Below, in pieces: positions 39,592-51,074 of a DNA stretch of 64,000 nt; position 1 is the first letter of the stretch; each line of letters starts with the position of its first letter. This DNA is from Nymphaea colorata (taxonomy: Eukaryota). The position numbers and the translations under genes were made by a program. The notes under the pieces were generated by a model. The model worked only from the letters and a program-made list of their open reading frames with translations, did not search any database and was not told the DNA's origin. The stretch lies in NCBI RefSeq assembly GCF_008831285.2, contig NC_045138.2, positions 26,288,001-26,352,000 on the forward strand, read 5' to 3'.

Positions 39592-42500
39592 TTACACAGA
39601 AGTTTCTCGCAGAGGTTCAGCTTCATTATTATGGTTATCTAGCGGCATGTACTGAGACATGATTGCCATAATCTCACCGTCCATGTATGACTGCAAAAGA
39701 AAATTGAACTATCAGTAGCAATACTAGGCAATGCATGATTTTTTTTTTTTTCCTTTCTTCCTTTCTTTTATGATGGAAGCAGTTGAGCTCTTTTGAACTA
39801 CCAGAATTTGGCAGCCAAAGAGGTACCCCATTTTTTCTGGTTCTACTCTGGCTGCCTCTTAGTGTAAAACCCTCAAATACCCTCCCTTGCCCTTGACAGA
39901 AAAACGCCGATCACTTTGGCCTTGCAGCAAAGGATGCATAACTTAATTATATAAGTATTGACACCCTTCAATTTAAATGCCTTAGATCAATGTAGCAAGT
40001 GAGGCCAGGACAGTCCTTATAGGCACCACTTACATTTACTAAGCAAAAAACAGCACAAAATTAAAGCATGTAAGAAACATACCCGAAGCCTGTATTTGTA
40101 GAATACGTAACCAGCGACACTGATACCAACAAAACCAGATAAAACCAACAGTAATATAAACCACCCAAACCGTGAAGCACTTCTAGCTGCATAAAAGAGA
40201 AAAAGTCACTGTCATTCCTGTCGCATAATTCCAATAGTGCCATTTGTATGATAAAAGAACCTGAAGACAAGAGATCTTTGCAGATTTATGTCAGCATCAT
40301 TCCAGTTCAGGATTTTGTGTCGAGTACTTTAACAAACCAAACTGCAAATCTAACCAGATTGTTCGCTAAATTAATCCAATGATTCGCATCCAAGACCAAG
40401 TTGAACCTTTCATTGCATGAAAACTGTTAGTTGGCCATCTTGGACATGCCTATCATGATCATGCCCATTTCTTCAAGTTTAAATTGCATCTTGTTTAACC
40501 AATTCATAAGAGATGTGACGACTGAGATCCACCCTTGTCCTGAAACAAATATATTCTCATATCCAATTTCAATCAAAGGCAAAATTGAGCTATCTAGATG
40601 TTATTTTCTTGTAATAAGGAGAAACCATCAATTCCGTTGATTGCTTGAAAGTTCTACCATTTACCATGCCCTGTTTTTGACATCTTCGACATTGAAGGCC
40701 CAAAAAGTATTTCCTGTATACAAAGAGAGTGTTTCCCTAGTAGCTTCCACTCACCACTGCCTCCTAGCCAAGTCTACGGAGTTGATGTAAGCTATTCTTC
40801 TTTTTTCACCTTTTTAAATTCAAAACGATGCCCTTAGTGTTGAAGATATTGATAACTTCTAAAAACTGAAAATTCATAACAAGAGTCAAAATACCTCTAT
40901 ATAACAATTGATTGCTGAATTATATAACTTATAGGGATAACAAGTGGGCTATGGCATTAATTGCTTGTTTTGTGAGTTTACAACCACACAGTTCTACTTT
41001 TCATAGTAGATAAATTTTCTGCTACTAGGGTGCTAGTTTTCTATTTTGGTTACCAAGCTGCGGTTAGGCAGATATATAAGAGATTAAGATGAAGAGAAAC
41101 AACCCTAGGCTTTGAAACCTTGAAGGTCTTAGGTTCAGCCCAATAGCCTGGTGTGCTCAGGTGAGACAAGTGAAGACCAGGTATGTTTTGCTCACAAAGA
41201 CCTTTGTTAGCAAGCTACTGCTAAAAGTTATTATCACCTATCAACAGGGAATCAACATGTTCCAAGTTTTCAATACAATCCAGAAGCATGAAATAAATCG
41301 AATTCAGCACAATTAAGATCAAGCATCCTGTCAACATTCTACTAGCTTCTTTCACACATGCAACAACTACCATGACAAAAGTAGGATATTAGGATAAAAA
41401 TGTAAATGCTTTACAGGAAATATCAAAATGCATCATTATTAAACTCTGCAGCTGTGGAATAAGATAAATACCTAATATACTTACCAATACATGTGTCCTG
41501 CTCTTTTATATACACAAGCCCACCACCACAACTGCAATCATATCCACCCCATTTGTTCTTGCAACGGCAACCATCACACTTGCATGCAAGATGTTCTTTA
41601 CATTCATCAATATCTGACAGACAGCACAGAGAAAGTGGCAGGTTCAGCTACAAAATGACAAGAAAACATGAAAAAGGACAGAGATGGTAAAAGAAGTCAA
41701 TTGTTCAAGCAATGTAAATTCACCGTCACAGGTATGACCATCACCAATGAACCCTTGTGGACATTTGCAGCCTGCGAGCTCAGACCCCTATTGCACAATT
41801 GATGCAGCATACAATTATAATGGATTTATAAACATATACACCACATATAACCCACTTTAAGGAAGCATAACAAAGAAAGAGCTTAATGAAGGAAGATTAA
41901 TTTCATTATAGGATGGAGGAACAAAACTGAGCATGCTGAAAATGTCTGTGCATTTCTGGTCTCAGACCAGCAGCCTCCATTATTTACTGCACACCTTCCA
42001 GGGCCAACAGCTGCCAACATACGTATGAAATTAGTAAAAGTGAATGCTCCCATAAGACATCATATCTAGTGCAACTAAAAAGGCCAAAATAAAACTTATA
42101 AATAAAGGGTGTTATGCCTTGTGGCTTGGCCATGAATTCTAAATGAATATAAAGCATGAAATTTGAAGATTTCTGTGATGGTGTCTGAAAATTCAAGGAT
42201 GACTTTCCATTGAACACACCATAACTTTTTAGTATAAATCATAAAGACATGTATAACGAAATGTACAGTCCCCCTGAGTGCAACAGAGTCTAAGTTTGAA
42301 GGAATCAAAGGAGAAGTACCAGGAGACTATGATAAGTTCTGGCCTTCAAATGATTTTTTCTATGAAGATATTGAAAACAAAAAGAAACAGAGATCCTGGG
42401 CTCCTTGAAAACAGATAAATGCAAAAGGGATAGGGCCTCATGACTTAGTGAACCTAGGAACTAAGATTGCACTGAAAGACCAAATATATATCTGGAATTT

Positions 42501-43063
42501 CCATGCAAGATAATTAAGTACATTGCAAGATTAAGTTAATGGTTACTTGAACCTCGTTAAGCAAAAAATTTGCTTAATTTGAACCAGCAAAAACAAAAAA
42601 AGAAAAAAACATAAAAACTTAAAGAGGATGAAGCATGTGCCAAACCTTCGCAATTTGTATAACCATCCCCCTGATACTGAACGCCGTTCACTGATGGGCA
42701 CTGGCAGACCCTCCCCCTGAAAGTGTCCTACTCAAACCAAGTGAAAGACCACCGGCAGTCATAGCCAAGCAATTCCACAAAGTACATATGTACACACTCT
42801 TATAGGAAAATGTACCCTTTGAGAGAACTACAGATATAAGGACCGAACAAGAGTAAATGCAGATAAACCATGAAAATTAAGTGATTAAACAGGAAATACC
42901 TTGCAGGCACTTATATTTGTCTTTGTGTCATGCCAACATCCACCATAGTTTTCAAGACATTCATTTGTTTCAATGTCTGCATGCAAGCTAGGAATCAAGA
43001 CAGACGCAGCAAAGAAGCAATTGCTGGGAACAGGACGTATGTATTTGTATTATATATGTGTGT

Positions 43064-43101
<38 letters not shown>

Positions 43102-45478
43102 CAAGAGATAGAAAGAGAGAATTGTGCATAAAGACTAACCAACCTTGAGTCAGACAAATTTGAGGCTCTGTTGACTCTTGAAATCCGGCACAGATAGCTT
43201 CCAAAATAGCAGTTCTCTCTAATTTTCCTTTACAGTAAACAACAATTGAATTTTTTAAGAGAGTTCCAGTTGGAATCTATAATCTAAAAAAAATCGCCAA
43301 TTTCATATAGAACCTAAAAAAGCATGATCTGGTTAATTTTAGCGGACATGGGTCTTCACCTGCAGGAGTTGCTCTCTTGAGCAACTGCTTGAACTACCAC
43401 ATCGAGCTTAAAAGGAACTTTTTGAAGCAAGAACTTTTCATAAGACAATAATTTGATAACCAAAAGCCATGTGAATTTGAAAATTGAAACCAATAACATA
43501 AAAAATGATGCTTATTCAATCGAAGAAAAAAGCAGGCTATCTTTATTAAGGATGATATGATATAGATAGGCATGAAAACTTGTAGTAAAAACATAAATTA
43601 TCAACAGCAATCAAATATGTAGATACCTCGATATTGCACGTTATTAATGACCAATGTGGGCAAGATAGTAACGTCCCCACGTGAACCTTGGCCAACCTGA
43701 AAACAGAAAAACTAGTGACTCGTCTTATTGGCGATATTAAGAACAGTTTAAGTGGCTTTCTTTGGAGAATAACGGCCAACAGGACGTGCGGAAAATAAAG
43801 AAAAATTTAAACAACCTGAAGTTTCTGTTCCATCTCTAGAACAGGATTCTGGGCATCGGCATTTGGGTCTCCCATGCACTTTTGAATCTTATCAACTGGC
43901 AAGTCTGATGGATCAAATGGAAACCAAGGTGAGACGCTTCCAACACAGGCACAAAATAAAGTAAAGTAAATCAAGATTGGTAAGATTGAAGTTCAGATCT
44001 TGTACTATGTACAAGCTTATGCACAACCACCTCCAAAAATCTCATCGTTGCTGGTTGTTCTCGTCGAATTTTGGCTATATAAATGCTGTCTACACAGTTG
44101 GTCTGATAAAAGACAACAATTGATGACAACCACTGTACATGTTTATCGGACTTTGTCACGTTCTTTTTTTTCGGTTTAGCAATTGAACCATGCAGATCAC
44201 ATCTATACGCCCAAAAAGCATCAAAACAACATAAACTGATGAGCTTCCGAAACTAATTGCAGATAAGCTTTTGGCTAGAATCAATCAACAAGATCTTTCT
44301 CTTCCTGCACCTAGTACAAGATTGGCTTGAAGACCATCTAGTTGAAGTTGGTCAAAAGTTCAAAAGTTTGATACCCGATGTGCTGTCTTAAACAAGAACT
44401 AGAATTGGCCAATAGCAAGAAGATGAAACGAAAGAAAAGAAGATAAAAGCAATTGGCATCTCGTCAACTTACTTAGAGCAGCGATCACTTGCTCTGCACA
44501 TTCCTGATTATACTTCTTCTCCCTCATACGACACCTGATGTGAAAATCCGTGACGTAGTCCCACCACACCCAGGCCCTGTTGCTCTCGTTAGCGACTCTG
44601 TGAACGCACAGCTGCCTCAGATTCTCCAGAAGCACGTCCTTCCCTTCGTACCCACGATCAAAATCCATCTCGGGATCGGGTGCACAGTATCTGCCATTAT
44701 TGATGCACTGAGACTTGCACTGGCTGCTGGTAATATACGCCGGAGGGCAATACCAGGTGATGTAATGAGGGGTGAACAGAGTGAAGCCGCCCTTCTCCAT
44801 CAGCTGGGCGTGGCCCCTGAAGTTCTTCACGAACTCCATCTGCTCGTCGCACCTGATTCCGCATTCGTCGTTGCTGTTAGTCCAGAGTTCGTACTCGACT
44901 CGGCTGTCGGGGTTCGGCATGGAGCCGCTCCAATCCATTTGGATCACAACATCCTCCCCTTTAGCCAGGGCTTGCTTGAGTTCCTCGCCCAAGGAGTGCT
45001 CGATCATGGCGGAGGGAATATCGATTTTCTCGACGTAGGCTTGGGCTTCTGTCTCCTCGTTGGGGGCGTCCATGGTGATGAGGGGCTCGTCCCGGTCGTC
45101 GGCGACGAGGACGGCCTTGGCGCCTGCCTGCTGTGCGTTCCAGACCTTGAGGGCGAACAAGCAGCCGCCTCGGTCGATGAGGACAATCAGGGGGCGGTTG
45201 GAGGAGGAGGCTGGGGGCTTGAATGGGGAGGTGAAAGGGTCGCAGCCCATGTTGGAGGAAGAGTAGGTGGAGGGGTAGAAGAGGATGCCGCTGAAGCGGG
45301 CGCCATAGTGGGGGACGCCGAAGTTGGCGATGGCGCCGTCGTGCTTCCCTCGGAGGTGGTCAGGGGCCACAACGCTGATGCTGCTCTTCTCCACCACGAA
45401 GCGGGAGGTCACAGAGGCGGTGGACAGCACCAACACCAGCAGAGGCAAGAAGAAGGCGGGAAGTGGCCTTCCTGCCAT
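39592..45478 (-). CDS. VSR: Vacuolar sorting receptor (BP-80/VSR family, VSR6/7-like), ~628 aa, 11 exons
   Basis: Exons 45478-44473, 43904-43816, 43696-43627, 43227-43144, 42976-42900, 42727-42646, 42010-41928, 41787-41724, 41613-41485, 40186-40083 and 39690-39592 join in frame. Signal peptide, RFVVEK, PA domain (DRGGCLF), central domain ([20 protein letters not shown]), three EGF repeats, TM helix and a tail with EIMAIM and YMPL. Confidence 0.95.
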
Positions 45479-47718
45479 GATGCTCTTTTCTCTCTTTTTG
45501 CTCTTCTCTATCAGAAGGAACTGCAGATAATGGTACAGGAAGAAGAAGAAGAAGAGGACTTCGATGGTTGTGAAGGAAGAGATGATCAACTGTGGGACGC
45601 GTCGAATGCATGAAAGAGACAGAGAGGGAGTTTCTTGAGTGGGATTCGTGTTCTGGGGACTAATTCAATGGGGAGAGAAATAGAGATGTCAGCAGCAACG
45701 TCCAACGAGCGTACCACGTACGAGAGCTAACTGTGGGGTCGTCTCTTCTGATGAAGAAGCAACAGAGAAAGAGTTGAGCCGTTCGCGTTTACCAACGGAG
45801 ATTTTTAATGAAGTCAACTTTTTATTTTCTATATTTTCGTTTATTTTTCGTTTTTAACGTGAAAGATGTTATAGTGTAGCCACTGTTTAAGAGAGGTCTT
45901 TAGTTCGAATTTCAATGTTTGTGAATCTTAACCAACAATAATTCGAGTTTGTTTAGAGCAATTTTAGTTAAAATCAAGTAATTTACAGAGTTATTTACCA
46001 CAATTAAATTCTAAAGGAAGTAAAGTTCTAAGGGAAAATGCTACAATACATGTCCGCTGACTTTATGAAAACGCCATCTCTGTTACGTATGCATGAAAGT
46101 TTACTTAAAGTAATGAAAATTATGTGAACTGGTTCATTCTGTTGTTTGATCAACTTGGTTAATATATATCATTAAATAGATCGTCACGCTCAACATTTAT
46201 TTTTAGAAGTCAAAGTACAACTTTTCATTTACTTTTCTCTATAACATAATCTTTCACGTAGGGCACATTATCAACCATCGATCGTATTAATCAAACATGT
46301 TGTCATGTAAATTTTGAATTCACACAATTGGTATACTTTAATTAAAAACGTAGCATAGCTGGTCGAGTTAGTGAGCTAGTAAAAGCTCAATCATTAGTTC
46401 AATTCATGTAGATTGGCAGACGCTACTCTTAAATTAACACGATAATCAACAGGTCTCAAAGCAGCTCTGAATCCTAAAAGCAAGAGAATGCGGATTGAAC
46501 CTACTAGAGCTTTACTGAATTTGACCAAGTCCGCAAATTCTTTTCAATTTTGAATTACTCCTCATCTTAACCATCATCTTAAGTTTTAATAAATCCAGAT
46601 ACCTTGCTCATATAAATAAAATACTTGTCTCTATCCAAATCAGCATCAAACGAATGTTCGCCGGTTCAGATTTTCCACAAGGTAGTCGTGTGGCCCACCA
46701 TCTTAGGGATGTCAAGGCTGGGGTTGGATTTTTACTTGATTTGTTTTTTCAAGAATATTTCCCGTTATGAATATTATTCCATAAAGTAATTTTTTTGGAG
46801 GAAATATATTGTCAATTTGAAGAGTCCAACGGTTGAATAATCTCCTTAATATAATGCATTTAAGGGGATTAAAGGTCTCCCATGTGCACGCACAACCATG
46901 GTTCGATTCTCATGAGCATCACTTTTGAAGTAACAAGTAACAGACTCTTTAAATTATCGAAAGATACTCAGCTCGAGACTCCCTTAAAAGCCGCAGGAAG
47001 ACTCTTTGAGCGTACGCAAGGGCTCGACGGGTTTTGGCTTTGGCGTTGGCATCAGGTGACGCAAAGCAATCAAACTTAGAGTGAATTTGCTCACCCGTGT
47101 TTGTGCCGGATCTTGGATCCCTGGGAGCCATTGTTTAAACAAACATTGGATCTTCACTGCGATTTGACAAAGGGAATTTGGGATCTTTAATTTATGGTCA
47201 AAACATCAGATGAGAGGGGGTTGACCTTAAATTTGAAGATGTGGATCTAAGATATGAGAGTATCAAACATGTAAAAAAAATTGTGGATCTGAGATCTGAG
47301 GGACAGAGGTTGGACTTCAGATCCGCGGACCTGAGATATTCTATGATTGGAGATCACTGGAGATCTCAGATATGCAGCTAACAAACTGGAGAAGGGGGTT
47401 TGAACCTCATATCAACAGATTTGAGATCCTCACCTCATATCTCAGTTTTCAAATCCAAGCTAAGCAAACATAGCTTTAATATTTTACCAATACTTTCCAT
47501 TACAACATAGCGGTTGAAAAGTAAAACCAATATATTTTACATGAAAATGGGTCACCTCAAGTTTGTCTCATCTGACTCAAACTTTTTTTCTTTTTTTTTT
47601 TTTTTTAATTTTTGAAAGCTTACCAGCTTAAACTCGGCTTGGATTGGCTCGACTCGGCTCGCCTTCTCGTGATTTCTAAAATATATACACATCATATATG
47701 TGTGTGTGTGATGGTAGC

Positions 47719-47917
47719 CAGGGGTAGAGGGAAGGGGGGGAGGCGCCTAAGCCATGGCACCACCCTAACAAATGATTTTTTTTTTTTTACATTGAAAAAA
47801 ATAAATATTTTTTAATTGCGTAATGTATTTTTTGTATTAGAATTCAGTTTGGTCCTACCCGAATCCAGAAATCAAACTGCCGGCTTGCCTTTGAAGAAAA
47901 TCCTGGCTCTGCCCTTG
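47719..47917. mobile_element. hAT-type MITE, ~199 bp
   Basis: Termini caggggtagag and ctctgcccttg are inverted repeats. The 8-bp flanks atggtagc (47711-47718) and attgtagc (47918-47925) differ by one base. Confidence 0.7.
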
Positions 47918-49548
47918 ATTGTAGCTATGAGACCTTTATGTATTAGATTGGACAGGGATCATCTGGGACATCGATTTTAAGATGAGAAGATGAATAATAA
48001 GCTGAAAAATTAGAACCCCACATGTATTTTCAAGGGAAAAAAAAAAAACCTTCAAAAGAAGGCAAGGGATCTCCAGATGATGAGGAACATTTCCACCACT
48101 TAAATTTTCAACTTAGTTAATGGCCTGTACAATTTTCATCGAGTCTGGTATATAAGGGTCTGGTAGCTACCAGCTTTCATATTCATATATATGAGCCAAG
48201 CTTATAGAATGTGACCATAAGACACTAAGATCAATCATGATAATGTGAATAATGTCATGCCCATTCCAATGCTTCCAACTGTGCAAAGATTTTTTATTTT
48301 TTTTTGGTGTTCGTTTTTCTAGCGTTCAAGAAAGAGAAGAGATCCCCCCATAGTTTGTAAGAAAATGCTGTGTGGGGATGTGAAATGACCATAATACCCC
48401 GGTTTCTAACCTCTCTACAAGAACAAAAGAAGGGAAATGGAAAAAAATAAATTCATAAAAATGTCCACTTCTTGTTTTAAATGACCAAAATGCCCCTAAA
48501 GTAACTCGCCTTAACGTTTTAAAAGCAAGAGGGAAGCCAAAAAAAATTCGGTCTAAGGGGCACTAGTTATATAATTTTAATCTTTTAAGAGAAAATAGTA
48601 TGTAAATGAGAAAAATTTTCACGAAATATCATTACAAAAGTAAACACTTCTTGTGGGCCTGGGTGGGCAATTGCCCACACATTGCTACACCTGCCTCTGC
48701 CTCTGTTTAGAATAGTGTTATTTGCAAGAAGAATTCAGTTTTTGGTAGTCCTGCAGCTTAACGTAACTGTTGCAGGTAAGTTTATGATATTGGAAGATTG
48801 CTTTTTATAAGCAGATCGATTTAATTTCTAAAGGGCGATGTGATCTCATAAGCAGCTTTCGTGTCGCCGTCAGATTAGCCCCTACGTTAAGCTATTGATG
48901 AAAAAAAATCTCATCCTTTACTTTCTTCCTAAGCATTCCAGGGAAGCCTTTAAGGCTAAGTTTCTCAATGGAAATTTGAATGAATGGTATAAATACAATG
49001 TTTCGTGGATAATTTTCAAATTATATAAGTCATTCAGCTGTCTCATTATATAACTACGTTAAGCTAGCAACCATGGTTAATATATCATATAAAATTATAT
49101 TTGATAATATGAATATTTTATTTTTTCCAATTATTTTTTATTTGTTTTTTAAAACATTGCTAATATTTTGGGCTCATTCACAAAATGTTGGGCTGGATTG
49201 GTGAACCGCCGAAGCGGCGGAGCTGCCCATTCGGTATAGAAAGAAGAAGATACAAAAGAATCAAAAAATTTGTGTTTTAACTTTATAAAATTGTATGGAA
49301 GATAGAAAAGCCAACCCAAGCTTATCTCATTATCGAGCAGTTTGTGCAAAGCAAAGTTGACCACAAGATCGACCATATGCTTCGGTATCAATTAAAAGCA
49401 GTCGGGTTGACATTTCCTGGATTTATTCACATGATTTCATACATCCTGGACACAAATATCATTCTCAAGAAAAAATCGACAACGACAAATCTTTCAGTAT
49501 TTTTAATCTTCACATTGTTTATATATATATATATATATATTTATATAT

Positions 49549-49771
49549 GAAGGAGAGAGAGGCAGGTATGCACGACCTGTAAGGACAGGATGTTGACATT
49601 TCCAAGATAAAAAAATTGGGAGAAAATCAATGAAAAAAAAAGAAGATACAGACATTTTAATAAGCTAGATTAATTAATAATTTTTTCTCATTGATTTCCA
49701 CTAAGTTTTCCATCTTAAAAAGATTAATGGTCAAGATGAACACTTAGAGGTCACATACCTACCAATCCCTT
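49549..49771. mobile_element. Fold-back MITE-like element embedded in (TA)n
   Basis: ggcaggtatgcacgacctgtaag pairs imperfectly with cttagaggtcacatacctacc. The inner arms aaatcaatga and tcattgattt also pair. TA runs on both sides. Confidence 0.6.
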
Positions 49772-50848
49772 ATATATATATATATATAAAGCGAAATCGT
49801 CTACCAAATCATGACCACTTGATGCAATGCATTCAGCGGATGTGATTAAACACACTGTCCATGCAATGCATCGAGCCATGCCAGAAGTCAAAGATTTCTT
49901 CATCCAAACTAGGATTGTGAAATTCATAAATTATATATATATATATATATATATAAAAGAGAGAGAGAGAGAATGCCTGCACATTTACAAATATAAACAT
50001 GCATAAACCACAAAAATTGTGAATACTACAAAACTAGGAAAACCCCATGTTAGTTTGCCGATGAATGCATGATATTTTTTTTTTTTAAAAAAAGATGATA
50101 TATTATTTCTTTAACATTATGATTGTAATGTTTGGCGTTTGGTATGCAGGTTTTTAAAATTTTGATGATGAAACTAGAAATAGTTTAAAATTTTTTCCTA
50201 TAATTGTGGCGATAGTGCAAATCAGCTTTGCAGAATTTCAGCTACAAGCAAAGCAACTCTCCCGGCTTTTCCTGTCAGCGTCAATCTAGGGGATAGCCTT
50301 TACTATCTCCTGTCCGCTTCTGCTGTAAAAAAAGATAAAAGAAAAAAAAAAGCTAAAAAAATTGTACCAAGTTGGCCAGAAATTTTTGCTTGATGTAGAT
50401 ATTAAAATATGCACTATTTCATTTACAACTAACGCACCTTTAAATAAATATTTAAGTTAGTGTGAGGCTGAGAGGAAAGACATTATATAAAACAAGGCGC
50501 CCTGGTGATTGAGTTGGAGACCTCATATAAAATAATCACTCTATGGATCGAGTTGGACCGTTTATTTAAACATTGAGAGATTCTTTTTACATTTTCAGTC
50601 CACTTATTTACCTAAAATTTGGATACCAACATAGATTTTCAGAATTTTCTTAATAGCGAGGGATCGAATCGAAGGCGAGCTTTTCTTTAACTTGTAAAAC
50701 AGAAAACGGTAGAATCGTAGGACGTAGACGCAGTTCTGACCAATAAAATCGAAGAAAGTGGCCTTTTATAGGCAAAAATTAGCCGTAAAAAAGAATTTTC
50801 ACATAAACTTATGCAAGGGAGGAGCTTATGAGAGAGCGAATACTCTTG

Positions 50849-51074
50849 CCTCTACGCTGGTTGAGCTAGGGGCCTGTATTAAGGCATGTCTCTAGTTCGA
50901 TTCCCGTGGGCGTTATGTTCCTGTGTCTTAAGGCGGTAGGGCGCGACATCTAAGCTGAAGGGTGCACCGTTGCTATCGCTGACACCGACGCAGCTCAGGA
51001 TCCCAAAGGCAGGGGGAATGGGGGGGCCTTCGGGCCTTTTTCGGGCGGTGGGATTCATACCCCTTGCTCACCCG
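50849..51074 (+). mobile_element. Candidate tRNA-derived SINE
   Basis: Degenerate tRNA-like head with a D-arm/A-box-like gctggttgagc and B-box gttcgattcc (50895-50904). GC-rich body. Flanked by the exact 19-bp direct repeat gagagagcgaatactcttg (50830-50848 and 51075-51093). Confidence 0.6.

Noticed and set aside
44489..45613. 374-aa plus-strand ORF and other short ORFs over VSR exon 1
   Set aside because: Antisense or alternate-frame shadows of a GC-rich exon that is depleted of stop codons.
50849..50915. Functional tRNA gene
   Set aside because: The acceptor and T stems pair poorly and the anticodon loop is non-canonical. It fits a SINE head better.
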